Source: an uncultured Candidatus Binatia bacterium
GTDB lineage: Bacteria > Desulfobacterota > Binatia > UBA9968 > JAJDTQ01
Assembly (NCBI GenBank): GCA_965215605.1
Contig: OZ244070.1
Location: 3,680,001 to 3,744,000, forward strand
Length of the DNA: 64,000 bases
Direction: 5' to 3'
In this document: piece by piece, positions 1 to 9,827 of the stretch
Layout: each line of letters begins with the position of its first letter
Numbering within the stretch: the stretch's first letter is position 1
Notes under the pieces: generated by a model
What the model was told of the DNA's origin: nothing
Databases searched by the model: none
Seen by the model: only the letters and a program-made list of their open reading frames with translations
Program-made: the position numbers and the translations under genes

Positions 1-203
1 CGACCCTGCTGGTCGGAGTGGTGGAGATGTCCGTGTCGGCCCTCCTCTGGGCGGTGGGTCTCCTTGCGGCCCTCCCCATGGCAGCGCTTTCCGTGCCGAG
101 ACCCGACCGGGTGACGGTGGGGGTCGCCTATCTGTTGATTCTCGCTGCGGTGGCATGCGCCCGCCGGTTCCTGCCGAGAGCGCCGCAAGGGCCCCTTGAT
201 TGA
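1..203 (+). CDS. 3' end of a membrane protein, possibly a ComEC/Rec2-family competence protein (truncated by the window edge)
   Basis: Open frame from the window start to TGA 201-203. Hydrophobic helices LLWAVGLLAALPMAALSVPRP...VAYLLIL resemble the end of the ComEC membrane domain. Confidence 0.4.
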   Translation, partial: TLLVGVVEMSVSALLWAVGLLAALPMAALSVPRPDRVTVGVAYLLILAAVACARRFLPRAPQGPLD

Positions 204-339
204 CTTTCCGGCACGCCTCTGTTAGCGATTATGCGTGTCGGCACGCGCCCCTCGGCGCGTGTAAATCCCCCAGTCGTCGGTCACCAACTCCCCTTATGAC
301 AACCATCATTTCGTCGCGGGCGCCCGTTCGGGGGTGCAT

Positions 340-1626
340 ATGAAACTGACACGCATCAAGGGGTTCTCTGACGTGCTCCCTGGAGAAGTCGAAACTTGGC
401 AGAGGATCGAGGACGCGGCGGTACGAGTATTTGCCACTTACAACTTCAAGGAGATTCGAGTTCCTGTCCTGGAGAAGTCGGAGCTTTTTTCGCGTTCGTT
501 GGGGGAGTCCACCGATGTCATCGAGAAGGAGATGTACACGTTTGCCGACCGGGACGCCAAGGCGACGCTCCTGAGCCTCAGGCCCGAGGGCACGGCCGGC
601 GTGGTACGGGCGTACGGCGAGGGCATGCTCCATCAGGTGGAGCCGGTGCGGAAGCTCTACTACCTGGGCCCCATGTTCCGGCGGGAACGGCCCCAGAAGG
701 GGAGGCTGCGGCAGTTCCACCAGATCGGCGCCGAGGTTTTCGGCCGCACCGACCCCTTCATCGACGCGGAGCTGCTGCTGTTGCTGCGGGACCTCTGGGA
801 GGAACTGGGAGTGGCGGGCACGGTCGTGGAGGTGAACTCCATCGGTTGCGTCCAATGCCGGCCCGGTTACCGCGCCGCGCTGGTGGCGTTTCTGGAACGG
901 CATCGCGAGGAGCTGTGCGCCGACTGCGACCGGCGGCTGGAGCGCAACCCCCTCCGGGTGCTGGACTGCAAGCGCGAGTCGTGTGGAGGGATCGTGACCG
1001 CGGCGCCGTCGATCCGGTCGCATCTGTGCCCGGAGTGCCGGGACCACTTCGGCACCGTGCTCGACCTGTTGAAAGATTTGCGCCCGGAGCCCGTGGTCAA
1101 CGAACGGCTGGTGCGCGGGCTGGACTACTATTGCCGGACCACGTTCGAGTGGAAGGCCGGCGCGGGCCTGGGGAGCCAGAACACCGTGGCCGCGGGCGGA
1201 CGCTATGACGGCTTGGCGGAGTCCCTCGGGGGTCCGCCGGTGGCCGGCGTCGGCTTCGCGTTGGGCGTGGAGCGGCTGGCGCTGCTGCTTTCCGAGGGCG
1301 AAGCGGGCGAAAACGCCGCGCCGCTGCTGTACCTGGCCTGGATGGGCGAGGAAGCGCAGCGGTGGACGTTTTCCCTGGCCCATCGCCTGCGCCGGCGGGG
1401 TCTCCGGGTGGACCTGGAGGGCGAGTCCAGAAGCCTCAAGAGCCAGATGAAACGGGCCAACAAGTTGGGTGCACGGGCTGTCCTCATCGTGGGCGCCGAC
1501 GAGATGACAAGCTGTAAGGCGCTCGTACGCGACATGGCGACGAAGGAACAGACCGAGGTGGACTTCGCGGACGTCGATGACACTCTGGTCGCGCTTCGCG
1601 AAAGAGCAGACCAGGGTTCCGGGTGA
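340..1626 (+). CDS. hisS: histidine--tRNA ligase
   Basis: Motifs KEMYTF, LRPEGTAG, FRRERPQKGRLRQFHQ, LVRGLDYY, AGGRYDGL, GFALGVER; lies upstream of aspS. Confidence 0.97.
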   Translation: MKLTRIKGFSDVLPGEVETWQRIEDAAVRVFATYNFKEIRVPVLEKSELFSRSLGESTDVIEKEMYTFADRDAKATLLSLRPEGTAGVVRAYGEGMLHQVEPVRKLYYLGPMFRRERPQKGRLRQFHQIGAEVFGRTDPFIDAELLLLLRDLWEELGVAGTVVEVNSIGCVQCRPGYRAALVAFLERHREELCADCDRRLERNPLRVLDCKRESCGGIVTAAPSIRSHLCPECRDHFGTVLDLLKDLRPEPVVNERLVRGLDYYCRTTFEWKAGAGLGSQNTVAAGGRYDGLAESLGGPPVAGVGFALGVERLALLLSEGEAGENAAPLLYLAWMGEEAQRWTFSLAHRLRRRGLRVDLEGESRSLKSQMKRANKLGARAVLIVGADEMTSCKALVRDMATKEQTEVDFADVDDTLVALRERADQGSG

Positions 1627-1630
1627 TCAC

Positions 1631-3427
1631 GTGAAAAACAGCAATGTGGATTTGATGGGCGACTGGCAGCGCAGCTGCCGCTGCGGCGAGCCCCGCGAGA
1701 GCGAGGTGGGCCGTGAACTCACCCTCATGGGCTGGACCCGGTCGCTGAGGGATCATGGCGGCCTGCTGTTCATCGACCTCCGGGACCGGACGGGTATCGT
1801 CCAGGTAGTGGTGAACCCGGAGGTGACGCCCGGGGCCCACGAGAAAGCCAAGCGGGTACGCTCCGAAGACGTGCTCGCGGTGCGTGGAAAGCTGGTGCGC
1901 CGTTCGGAGGAAACCGTCAACCCGAGCCTCCCCACCGGGACGGTGGAGCTCATGGCGCAGGAACTGCGCGTGCTGAACCCGTCGCAAGTGCCGCCGTTCC
2001 CGGTGGACGATGACGTCGAGCCCACCGAGACCAGCCGTTTCCGCTACCGCTATCTCGACCTGAGGCGGCCGCGCAGCCTGCGTCCGCTGGAGGTCCGGCA
2101 CCGCATGCTGACGGCCATTCGGAGCCATCTGAACGGGCTCTCGTTCATGGAGGTGGAAACACCGGTCCTCACCAAGAGCACGCCGGAGGGGGCCCGGGAC
2201 TACCTCGTTCCCAGCAGGATGCACCCGGGCAAGTTCTACGCGCTGCCGCAGTCGCCGCAGCTGTTCAAGCAGATTCTCATGGTGGGCGGGGTGGATCGGT
2301 ATTTCCAGGTGGTGCGCTGCTTCCGGGATGAGGACCTGCGCATGGACCGGCAGCCCGAGTTCACCCAGCTCGACATCGAGATGTCGTTCGTGCGCCCCGA
2401 GGACATCTTCGCCATGGTCGAGGGCATGATGGCGCGGGTCTTCCGGGAGGTGAAGGGAGTCGAGCTGGAGACGCCCTTTCGCCGCTTGAGCTGGGAAGAG
2501 GCCATGTCGCGGTACGGAACGGACAAGCCGGACCTGCGCTTCGGACTGGAGCTGGTGGAGCTGTCGGAGGCGTTCCAGGACTCCGGGGTAGCCATTTTCA
2601 AGCGGGCGCTGGCGGTCGGCGGCATCGTCAAGGGCCTGAAGGTGCCGGGAGCCGCCGACCTGTCGCGCAAGGAGCTGGACGACCTGACCGGACTGGTGGG
2701 CCGCTACGGCGCCAAGGGGCTGGCCTGGATCAAGGTACTGGAGGGCGAGTGGCAGTCGCCGCTGACGAAATTCCTGAGCGAGGGCGAGAAGGACGCGCTG
2801 CGGACCCTCACCCACGTACGGCCCGGCGACGTCATCTTCATGCTCGCCGATGACTTCGACGTCGTCAACGAGGGCCTCGCCAACCTGCGGCTGGAGATGG
2901 GACGAAGGCTGGGGCTGGTGCCGGAAGGCGCCCACGCCTTCGCCTGGGTCCTCGACTTCCCGCTGGTGGAGTGGAAGAAGGCGGAAGGCCGCTATAGCGC
3001 CGTGCACCATCCGTTCACCGCGCCACGGGAGGAAGACCTGCCGCTGCTCGAATCCGATCCCGCCCGGGTGAAGTCCCGCGCCTACGATCTGGTTCTGAAC
3101 GGCATGGAGATGGGCGGCGGCAGCATCCGGATCCATTCACCCGAGCTCCAGCGGCAAGTGCTGTCCCTGCTCGACGTGAAGCCCGAAACGATCGAGGAGC
3201 AGTTCGGGTTTCTTCTGGAGGCGCTGGACCTCGGCGCTCCGCCCCACGGGGGCATCGCCTTCGGCGTCGACCGCATGGCCATGCTCCTGAGCGATTCGCC
3301 CGCCATCCGGGACGTCATCGCGTTCCCCAAGAGCCAGCGCGCCGTATGCATGCTGACGGAGGCGCCGACCGCGGTGGATGCCCGCCAGCTTTCGGAGTTG
3401 CAGATCAGGACGCTGGCGGGGGACTAG
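1631..3427 (+). CDS. aspS: aspartate--tRNA ligase, possibly non-discriminating Asp/Asn type
   Basis: Motifs RDHGG, STPEGARDYLVPSR, LPQSPQLFKQ, CFRDEDLR, GAPPHGGIAFG. GTG start chosen 4 nt after the hisS stop. Confidence 0.96.
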   Translation: MKNSNVDLMGDWQRSCRCGEPRESEVGRELTLMGWTRSLRDHGGLLFIDLRDRTGIVQVVVNPEVTPGAHEKAKRVRSEDVLAVRGKLVRRSEETVNPSLPTGTVELMAQELRVLNPSQVPPFPVDDDVEPTETSRFRYRYLDLRRPRSLRPLEVRHRMLTAIRSHLNGLSFMEVETPVLTKSTPEGARDYLVPSRMHPGKFYALPQSPQLFKQILMVGGVDRYFQVVRCFRDEDLRMDRQPEFTQLDIEMSFVRPEDIFAMVEGMMARVFREVKGVELETPFRRLSWEEAMSRYGTDKPDLRFGLELVELSEAFQDSGVAIFKRALAVGGIVKGLKVPGAADLSRKELDDLTGLVGRYGAKGLAWIKVLEGEWQSPLTKFLSEGEKDALRTLTHVRPGDVIFMLADDFDVVNEGLANLRLEMGRRLGLVPEGAHAFAWVLDFPLVEWKKAEGRYSAVHHPFTAPREEDLPLLESDPARVKSRAYDLVLNGMEMGGGSIRIHSPELQRQVLSLLDVKPETIEEQFGFLLEALDLGAPPHGGIAFGVDRMAMLLSDSPAIRDVIAFPKSQRAVCMLTEAPTAVDARQLSELQIRTLAGD

Positions 3428-3496
3428 CCAAGGCCAGCGACCCGGCCCGTCATGCCGAAGGTCGAGATGGCCCCGTTAAAGGCGAAGCACCCGTGC

Positions 3497-3525
3497 TTGC
3501 ACCAACCTCCCTGCTAATTTATAAA
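3497..3525 (+). promoter_or_regulatory. sigma70-like promoter of the small-ORF/protease cassette
   Basis: TTGCAC (3497-3502), 17-nt spacer, TATAAA (3520-3525); GGAGGTG Shine-Dalgarno at 3537-3543. Confidence 0.65.
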
Positions 3526-3547
3526 GAAGGCCCTTCGGAGGTGAGCA

Positions 3548-3727
3548 ATGGCCAATCCGGTACCAAAGGATCGTGCAGAGTTGGACGCTGTGCCGGCTTC
3601 CAAAGAGGCTGGAGTGACCGAAGCGCTCGAACTCTATATGCGTGCTGAAGAGGTCTACGTGAAAGCCAACGCATCGTTCACAAACCCTCAGACTACCCGC
3701 ACTTCCAACTCTACCAACTCGGGATGA
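3548..3727 (+). CDS. 59-aa small protein of unknown function (absent from the ORF track)
   Basis: Hand translation gives MANPVPKDRAELDAVPASKEAGVTEALELYMRAEEVYVKANASFTNPQTTRTSNSTNSG*. Strong SD and promoter upstream; stop lies 4 nt before the protease start. Confidence 0.72.
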   Translation: MANPVPKDRAELDAVPASKEAGVTEALELYMRAEEVYVKANASFTNPQTTRTSNSTNSG

Positions 3728-3731
3728 CGCC

Positions 3732-4736
3732 TTGCCTACGTGGGGCGAGATCCTGAAAGAACTCCAGGCAAGCCGTGCGCCAAGCGGATCCGGGCCAGAC
3801 TTTGACGGTGTGCGGCGCGGCTATCTCCAGTCCGTGTACGAGCACACCGGCAGGCCGGTGATATTGTACTCCAGCGCGTGGTTGAGCGCCGCTGCCGCAC
3901 AGCCTGAGGCCCTTCAGATTACTTTGGCGGACATACAGGGGTTCATGGAGGTGCTCTCGAACATCGAGGGACCCGAACTTGACCTCATCGTTCACAGCCC
4001 CGGGGGCTCAGCCGAGGCAGCGGAATCCATAGTGGAGTACCTGCGGCAACGGTTCACGCACATCCGTGTGTTTGTGCCGCTTGCCGCGATGTCCGCCGCC
4101 ACCATGATAGCGCTTGCCGCGGACGAAATCGTTTTTGGGCAGCACTCTCAACTAGGACCGATCGATCCCCAGTTCATCATCCAAACCCCCGAGGGACCGC
4201 GCTCAGCACCCGCGAAGGCGATTTTGAACCAGTTCAATCAAGCCAAGGAAGAGTGCGAGGATCCGCGGAACTTGCCTGCTTGGCTGCCTATTCTTCGCAG
4301 CTACGCTCCGGGTCTGCTGAATCAGTGTCAAAACTCGCGGGACCTCGCAGCCAAGATGGTCGAGTCCTGGTTGGCCCGGTATATGTTCCAGGGGAGGCTC
4401 GATGCGGAGGATGAGGCAAGACGGATTGCGGACTGGTTCAGTGACTATGACGAGTTCCAGTCCCACGGGCGGCGCGTTGGCGTGGAACTCGCCTCAGACC
4501 AAGGGCTCCGTATCGAGCGGCTAGAAGATGACGACGAGACGCAGGATCGGATCCTGTCCGTCCATCACGCCACCATGCACACGTTTGCGCAAACACCGGC
4601 TCTCAAGATTATCGAGAACCATCTTGGCCGGTCATGGGTTTTGCTTGGAGGCGTGGCTGCAGTGCCAAGAGCACCTCAACACCCGCCCGCACCTCCGAAC
4701 CGAGTCGAACGGAGACGCCAGCCGAAGAGGCCGTGA
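3732..4736 (+). CDS. SDH-family (Ser-Asp-His) ClpP/crotonase-fold serine protease
   Basis: LDLIVHSPGG, AMSAATMIALAADEI (nucleophile Ser), QLGPIDPQ (Asp), QSHGRR (His), KIIENHLG; TTG start. Confidence 0.85.
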   Translation: MPTWGEILKELQASRAPSGSGPDFDGVRRGYLQSVYEHTGRPVILYSSAWLSAAAAQPEALQITLADIQGFMEVLSNIEGPELDLIVHSPGGSAEAAESIVEYLRQRFTHIRVFVPLAAMSAATMIALAADEIVFGQHSQLGPIDPQFIIQTPEGPRSAPAKAILNQFNQAKEECEDPRNLPAWLPILRSYAPGLLNQCQNSRDLAAKMVESWLARYMFQGRLDAEDEARRIADWFSDYDEFQSHGRRVGVELASDQGLRIERLEDDDETQDRILSVHHATMHTFAQTPALKIIENHLGRSWVLLGGVAAVPRAPQHPPAPPNRVERRRQPKRP

Positions 4737-4987
4737 TCGATAGGTCAAAACCTGCAGCCTGCCAGACAGGTCTGGTCTGAGCAAAGCGTAGTGATTCCCT
4801 TTGGGCGCTTGAGTAGCGGTAGCTCGTGATCATCCCACGGGGAAACCTGGGAGACGCCTCTAAGCAACGGCTAGGATCGCGCACATGATACCCTTCAATC
4901 CTAGCCAACATCCCTTCCTCATTCTTCGGGTTACGCCGTGCAATGGGAATTTGTCAGTGGGTGAGAGAGGGACGGCCGGGATAGCTC

Positions 4988-5521
4988 CTAGCGGTCCGTC
5001 CAGTAGCGGGCCAACTCCTTCAGGTAGGTCAGCGTCGAGAGATCGGGCATGCGGTCGAGGTAGACGCGACCGCGCAGGTGATCCACCTCGTGCTGAATGA
5101 CCCGGGCGTGGAAACCGGACGCAACGAAGTCCAGTTCGTTGCCCTGACGGTCCAAGGCGGTCACCCGCAATCTGCCGTAGCGAGGTACTCTGCCGCGCAA
5201 CTCGGGGATGCTGAGACATCCCTCCCAGTCCTCCTCGGTCTCGTCCCCCAAGGGGATGATCTCCGGGTTGACGAGGACCGAAAGGGGCACCGGCGCTTTC
5301 CCGGGGTAACGGGCGTTGTCGGCAACCTCCAGCACGGCCACCTGAACGGGTTCGTGGACCTGCACGGCGGCGAGGCCGACGCCTTGGTACTCGCGCATGG
5401 TCGTCACCATGTCGTCGATGAAGCGTTGGAAGTCGGGTTGCGCCACCTGCTCTGCGGGAACGTCCCGGGCGGGATTGCGTAGCACGGGATTGCCGAGGCG
5501 CGCTACCTTGAGAATGGCCAT
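4988..5521 (-). CDS. def: peptide deformylase
   Basis: GVGLAAVQ, EGCLS and QHEVDHL motifs; start at MAILKVARLG. Confidence 0.95.
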   Translation of the reverse strand: MAILKVARLGNPVLRNPARDVPAEQVAQPDFQRFIDDMVTTMREYQGVGLAAVQVHEPVQVAVLEVADNARYPGKAPVPLSVLVNPEIIPLGDETEEDWEGCLSIPELRGRVPRYGRLRVTALDRQGNELDFVASGFHARVIQHEVDHLRGRVYLDRMPDLSTLTYLKELARYWTDR

Positions 5522-5590
5522 GGGGCTTCCTAACACGCCGTTTCCGGTTCGTTCAAGAAACCGCTGCTTCGGTCCGTCCGTGTCGACGGT

Positions 5591-5620
5591 TTGACAACAT
5601 GGATGTATTAGGTCTATATT
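5591..5620 (+). promoter_or_regulatory. sigma70-like promoter of the rrf2-suf operon
   Basis: TTGACA (5591-5596), 18-nt spacer, TATATT (5615-5620) in an AT-rich intergenic region. Confidence 0.6.
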
Positions 5621-5699
5621 TGGGTACGAGCGGATTGTTCGAAGATTCGTATTCATGAGTGTGCACCCATTTGCGGGGCGCAACACCAGGGGACTCGGC

Positions 5700-6194
5700 A
5701 TGCAAGAAGCCGCTGTGAATACCGCCAGGACCACCACCGACCGCAGCTCGCTCATGAACATCGGGAGGAAGGTCGACTATGCCGTGCGGGCGCTCTCGTA
5801 TCTGGCGGCCCAGCCGCAACGCTGGGTGGTGGGCAGCAAGGAGATCGCCGAGCGGCAGGATATTCCCACCCACTTCATGTCGAAGATCATGAAAGATCTG
5901 GCGTCGGCGGGGCTCGTGGACTCCCACGTGGGCCGCAAGGGCGGCTTCAGCCTGGCGAGACTCCCCGAGTCCATCAACCTCAAGGAAGTCTACGAGGCGG
6001 TGGAGAAGCCGTTGACCCTCATGGCGTGCCTGGACCGGGATCATCGTTGCTGTGCGTACGACTCCGTCTGCACACAGATTTCGGTATGGGAGCGGGCGCA
6101 GATACTCTTGGCGGACTATCTGGCCGGGATCTCCATCGGCAGCATTGCCGACCGGGAGGGTCTCAAGGGTCGGTTGAACCGTCTGGACAGTTGA
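5700..6194 (+). CDS. Rrf2-family Fe-S transcriptional regulator (IscR/SufR-like)
   Basis: DYAVRAL, winged HTH, G-x-KGGFSLAR, C-terminal Cys cluster (CLDRDHRCCAYDSVC); heads the suf operon. Alternative start at 5754. Confidence 0.88.
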   Translation: MQEAAVNTARTTTDRSSLMNIGRKVDYAVRALSYLAAQPQRWVVGSKEIAERQDIPTHFMSKIMKDLASAGLVDSHVGRKGGFSLARLPESINLKEVYEAVEKPLTLMACLDRDHRCCAYDSVCTQISVWERAQILLADYLAGISIGSIADREGLKGRLNRLDS

Positions 6195-6251
6195 ACAGGC
6201 GCGCCGAAACCGGACCCCTGTGGTCCGTCTTCGGCGGAGGATCGGAGAGAC

Positions 6252-7700
<1,449 letters not shown>

Positions 7701-7706
7701 GGAGCG

Positions 7707-8504
7707 GTGCCAAGGATGCTTGAAGTTCGAAACCTGCATGCGCGCGTGGAGGGCAAGGAGATTCTCCGCGGCATCGATCTCGCCGTGGGAGCGGGGGAAG
7801 TCCATGCCATCATGGGTCCCAACGGCTCGGGCAAGAGCACGCTGGCCCAGGTGCTGGCGGGCCGCGACACCTACGAGGTGACGGCCGGCGAAGTGCTGTA
7901 CAAGGGGCAGGACCTGCTGGGCATGGCGCCGGAGTTGCGGGCGGTGGAGGGGATCTTCCTCGGTTTCCAGTATCCGGTGGAGATCCCCGGCTTGAACAGC
8001 CTCTATTTCCTGCGGGCCGCGGTCAACGCCGTGCGCGCCCACCGCGGGGAGGAGGAGCTGGACGCGGTGGATTTCATGGCGCTGGCGCAGGAGAAGATGA
8101 AGGCCGTGGAGATGGGGGAGGACCTGCTGCGGCGCCCGGTCAACGCGGGGTTCTCGGGCGGAGAGAAGAAGCGCGCCGAGATCTTCCAGATGACCATGCT
8201 GGAGCCGGCCCTGGCGATCCTGGACGAAACCGATTCCGGCCTGGATATCGACGCCCTCAAGGTGGTGGCCCACGGCATCAACCTCTTCCGTAGCCCGGAA
8301 CGGGCGATCATCCTGGTCACCCATTACCAGCGGCTGCTCGACTACGTGGTGCCGGACTTCGTCCACGTGATCCAGAACGGACGGCTGGTGAAGTCCGGCG
8401 GCAAGGATCTCGCACGGCAACTGGAGGACAGCGGCTACTCCTGGGTGGAGGAGGCCGCGGCGGGAGAAGGCTCCGACCTGGCGGGCGGAGGTCCCGCGGC
8501 ATGA
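7707..8504 (+). CDS. sufC: Fe-S cluster assembly ATPase SufC
   Basis: GPNGSGKST, FQYPVEIPG, GFSGGEKKR, LDETDSGLDIDAL, THYQRLL. Confidence 0.96.
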   Translation: MPRMLEVRNLHARVEGKEILRGIDLAVGAGEVHAIMGPNGSGKSTLAQVLAGRDTYEVTAGEVLYKGQDLLGMAPELRAVEGIFLGFQYPVEIPGLNSLYFLRAAVNAVRAHRGEEELDAVDFMALAQEKMKAVEMGEDLLRRPVNAGFSGGEKKRAEIFQMTMLEPALAILDETDSGLDIDALKVVAHGINLFRSPERAIILVTHYQRLLDYVVPDFVHVIQNGRLVKSGGKDLARQLEDSGYSWVEEAAAGEGSDLAGGGPAA

Positions 8505-9808
8505 TGGAAAGGGGCGCGGAGCAGCAGGGCTACCTCGAGGATTTCGAGAAGCTCACGGCACGGGTGCCGTCGAACGGAGGCGCGTGGCTTGCCGATTTGC
8601 GCGGCCGTGCGATGAATCGCTTTCGTTCGCTGGGTTTCCCGACCACGCGGGACGAAGAGTGGAAGTACACGAGCGTCGACGCAGTCCGGAAAGCCGCCCT
8701 GCGCATCACGGACCCTCCGGTCCGGGGCGCGGGCCGGAGCGCCGACGCCTTCAGGGCGGACGGCTGGGACCGCTACGAGTTGGCCTTCCCGGACGCCGGC
8801 AACGGCGGCGGCGTTGCCCGGGGTGACGGCGTCTTCATCGGCCGCCTGGCCGAGGCCATGGAGGCGCGCCTGCCGTGGGTCGAGTCCCACCTGGGACGCC
8901 ACGCCGACTACCAGGAGCATGCGTTCCGGGCCTTGAACACCGCCTTCATGGAAGACGGCGCGGCCGTCAGGCTGGAACCGGGCCGGACCCTGGAGAAGGC
9001 CGTCCATGTGACTTTCACGGCCCCTTCGGGAGAGGCGCGGAACCGCATCGCGCACCCGCGGACGCTGGTGGTGGTGGGCGCCGGCGGCCGTCTCACGCTG
9101 GTGGAAACCTACGCCGGATCGGGCACGGACACCTGCTGCGCCAACGCCGTTACCGAGATCGTGCTGGAGGAAAACGCCGTCCTGGACCACTACCGGCTGC
9201 TGCGGCAGGGCGAGAAGGCGTTCCACGTCGGCACGGTGCAGGTACACCAGGCGCGGAACAGCCGTTACCGGTCCCATTCGGTCACTTCGGGCGGCGCCAT
9301 CACCCGCGTCGAGATCAACGCCCGGCTCGACGGCGAGGGTGCCGATTGCCAGCTCCAGGGGCTCTACGTGGCCGGAGGGCGGCAGCACGTGGACAGCCGC
9401 ACCGTCATCGAGCACGCGAAGCCCCACGGCACCAGTCGGGAACTCTACAAGGGCGTATTGAACGACCGGGCGCGGGCGGTTTTCAACGGCAAGATCGTGG
9501 TGCACGAGGAGGCCCAGAAGACCGACGCCCGCCAGTCCAACAAGAACCTGATCCTGTCACGGGACGCGGAAATCGACAGCAAGCCGCAACTGGAGATCCT
9601 TGCGGACGATGTCCGCTGCTCCCACGGCACCACCATCGGACAGCTCGAGGAGGACGAGTTGTTCTACCTGCGGTCGCGGGGGCTGGACCAGGCGGCGGCC
9701 AGGAAGCTGCTGGTTCACGGGTTCGCCAGCGAGATTCTCGACGGTATCGCCATCGAGCTGCTCAAGGACGGGTTGACCGCCCAGGTGTTCTCCGAGCTGG
9801 AGGCCTGA
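8501..9808 (+). CDS. sufD: Fe-S cluster assembly protein SufD
   Basis: PTTRDEEWKYT, FRALNTAF, AVFNGKI, KPQLEILADDVRCSHG, FYLRSRG. Confidence 0.95.
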   Translation: MMERGAEQQGYLEDFEKLTARVPSNGGAWLADLRGRAMNRFRSLGFPTTRDEEWKYTSVDAVRKAALRITDPPVRGAGRSADAFRADGWDRYELAFPDAGNGGGVARGDGVFIGRLAEAMEARLPWVESHLGRHADYQEHAFRALNTAFMEDGAAVRLEPGRTLEKAVHVTFTAPSGEARNRIAHPRTLVVVGAGGRLTLVETYAGSGTDTCCANAVTEIVLEENAVLDHYRLLRQGEKAFHVGTVQVHQARNSRYRSHSVTSGGAITRVEINARLDGEGADCQLQGLYVAGGRQHVDSRTVIEHAKPHGTSRELYKGVLNDRARAVFNGKIVVHEEAQKTDARQSNKNLILSRDAEIDSKPQLEILADDVRCSHGTTIGQLEEDELFYLRSRGLDQAAARKLLVHGFASEILDGIAIELLKDGLTAQVFSELEA

Positions 9809-9827
9809 GCGGCCCGCGTGATTGCCC

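Noticed and set aside
242-343. hisS leader with hairpin CACGCGCC-CCTC-GGCGCGTG and a 15-aa uORF (296-343) overlapping the hisS start
   Set aside because: The uORF has no SD and no His codons, and there is no T-box or terminator/antiterminator signature, so attenuation is not supported.
4802-4860. Possible tRNA gene
   Set aside because: Only a D-arm-like motif is present, with no anticodon arm, TTC loop or CCA end. Kept only as a speculative structured-RNA finding.
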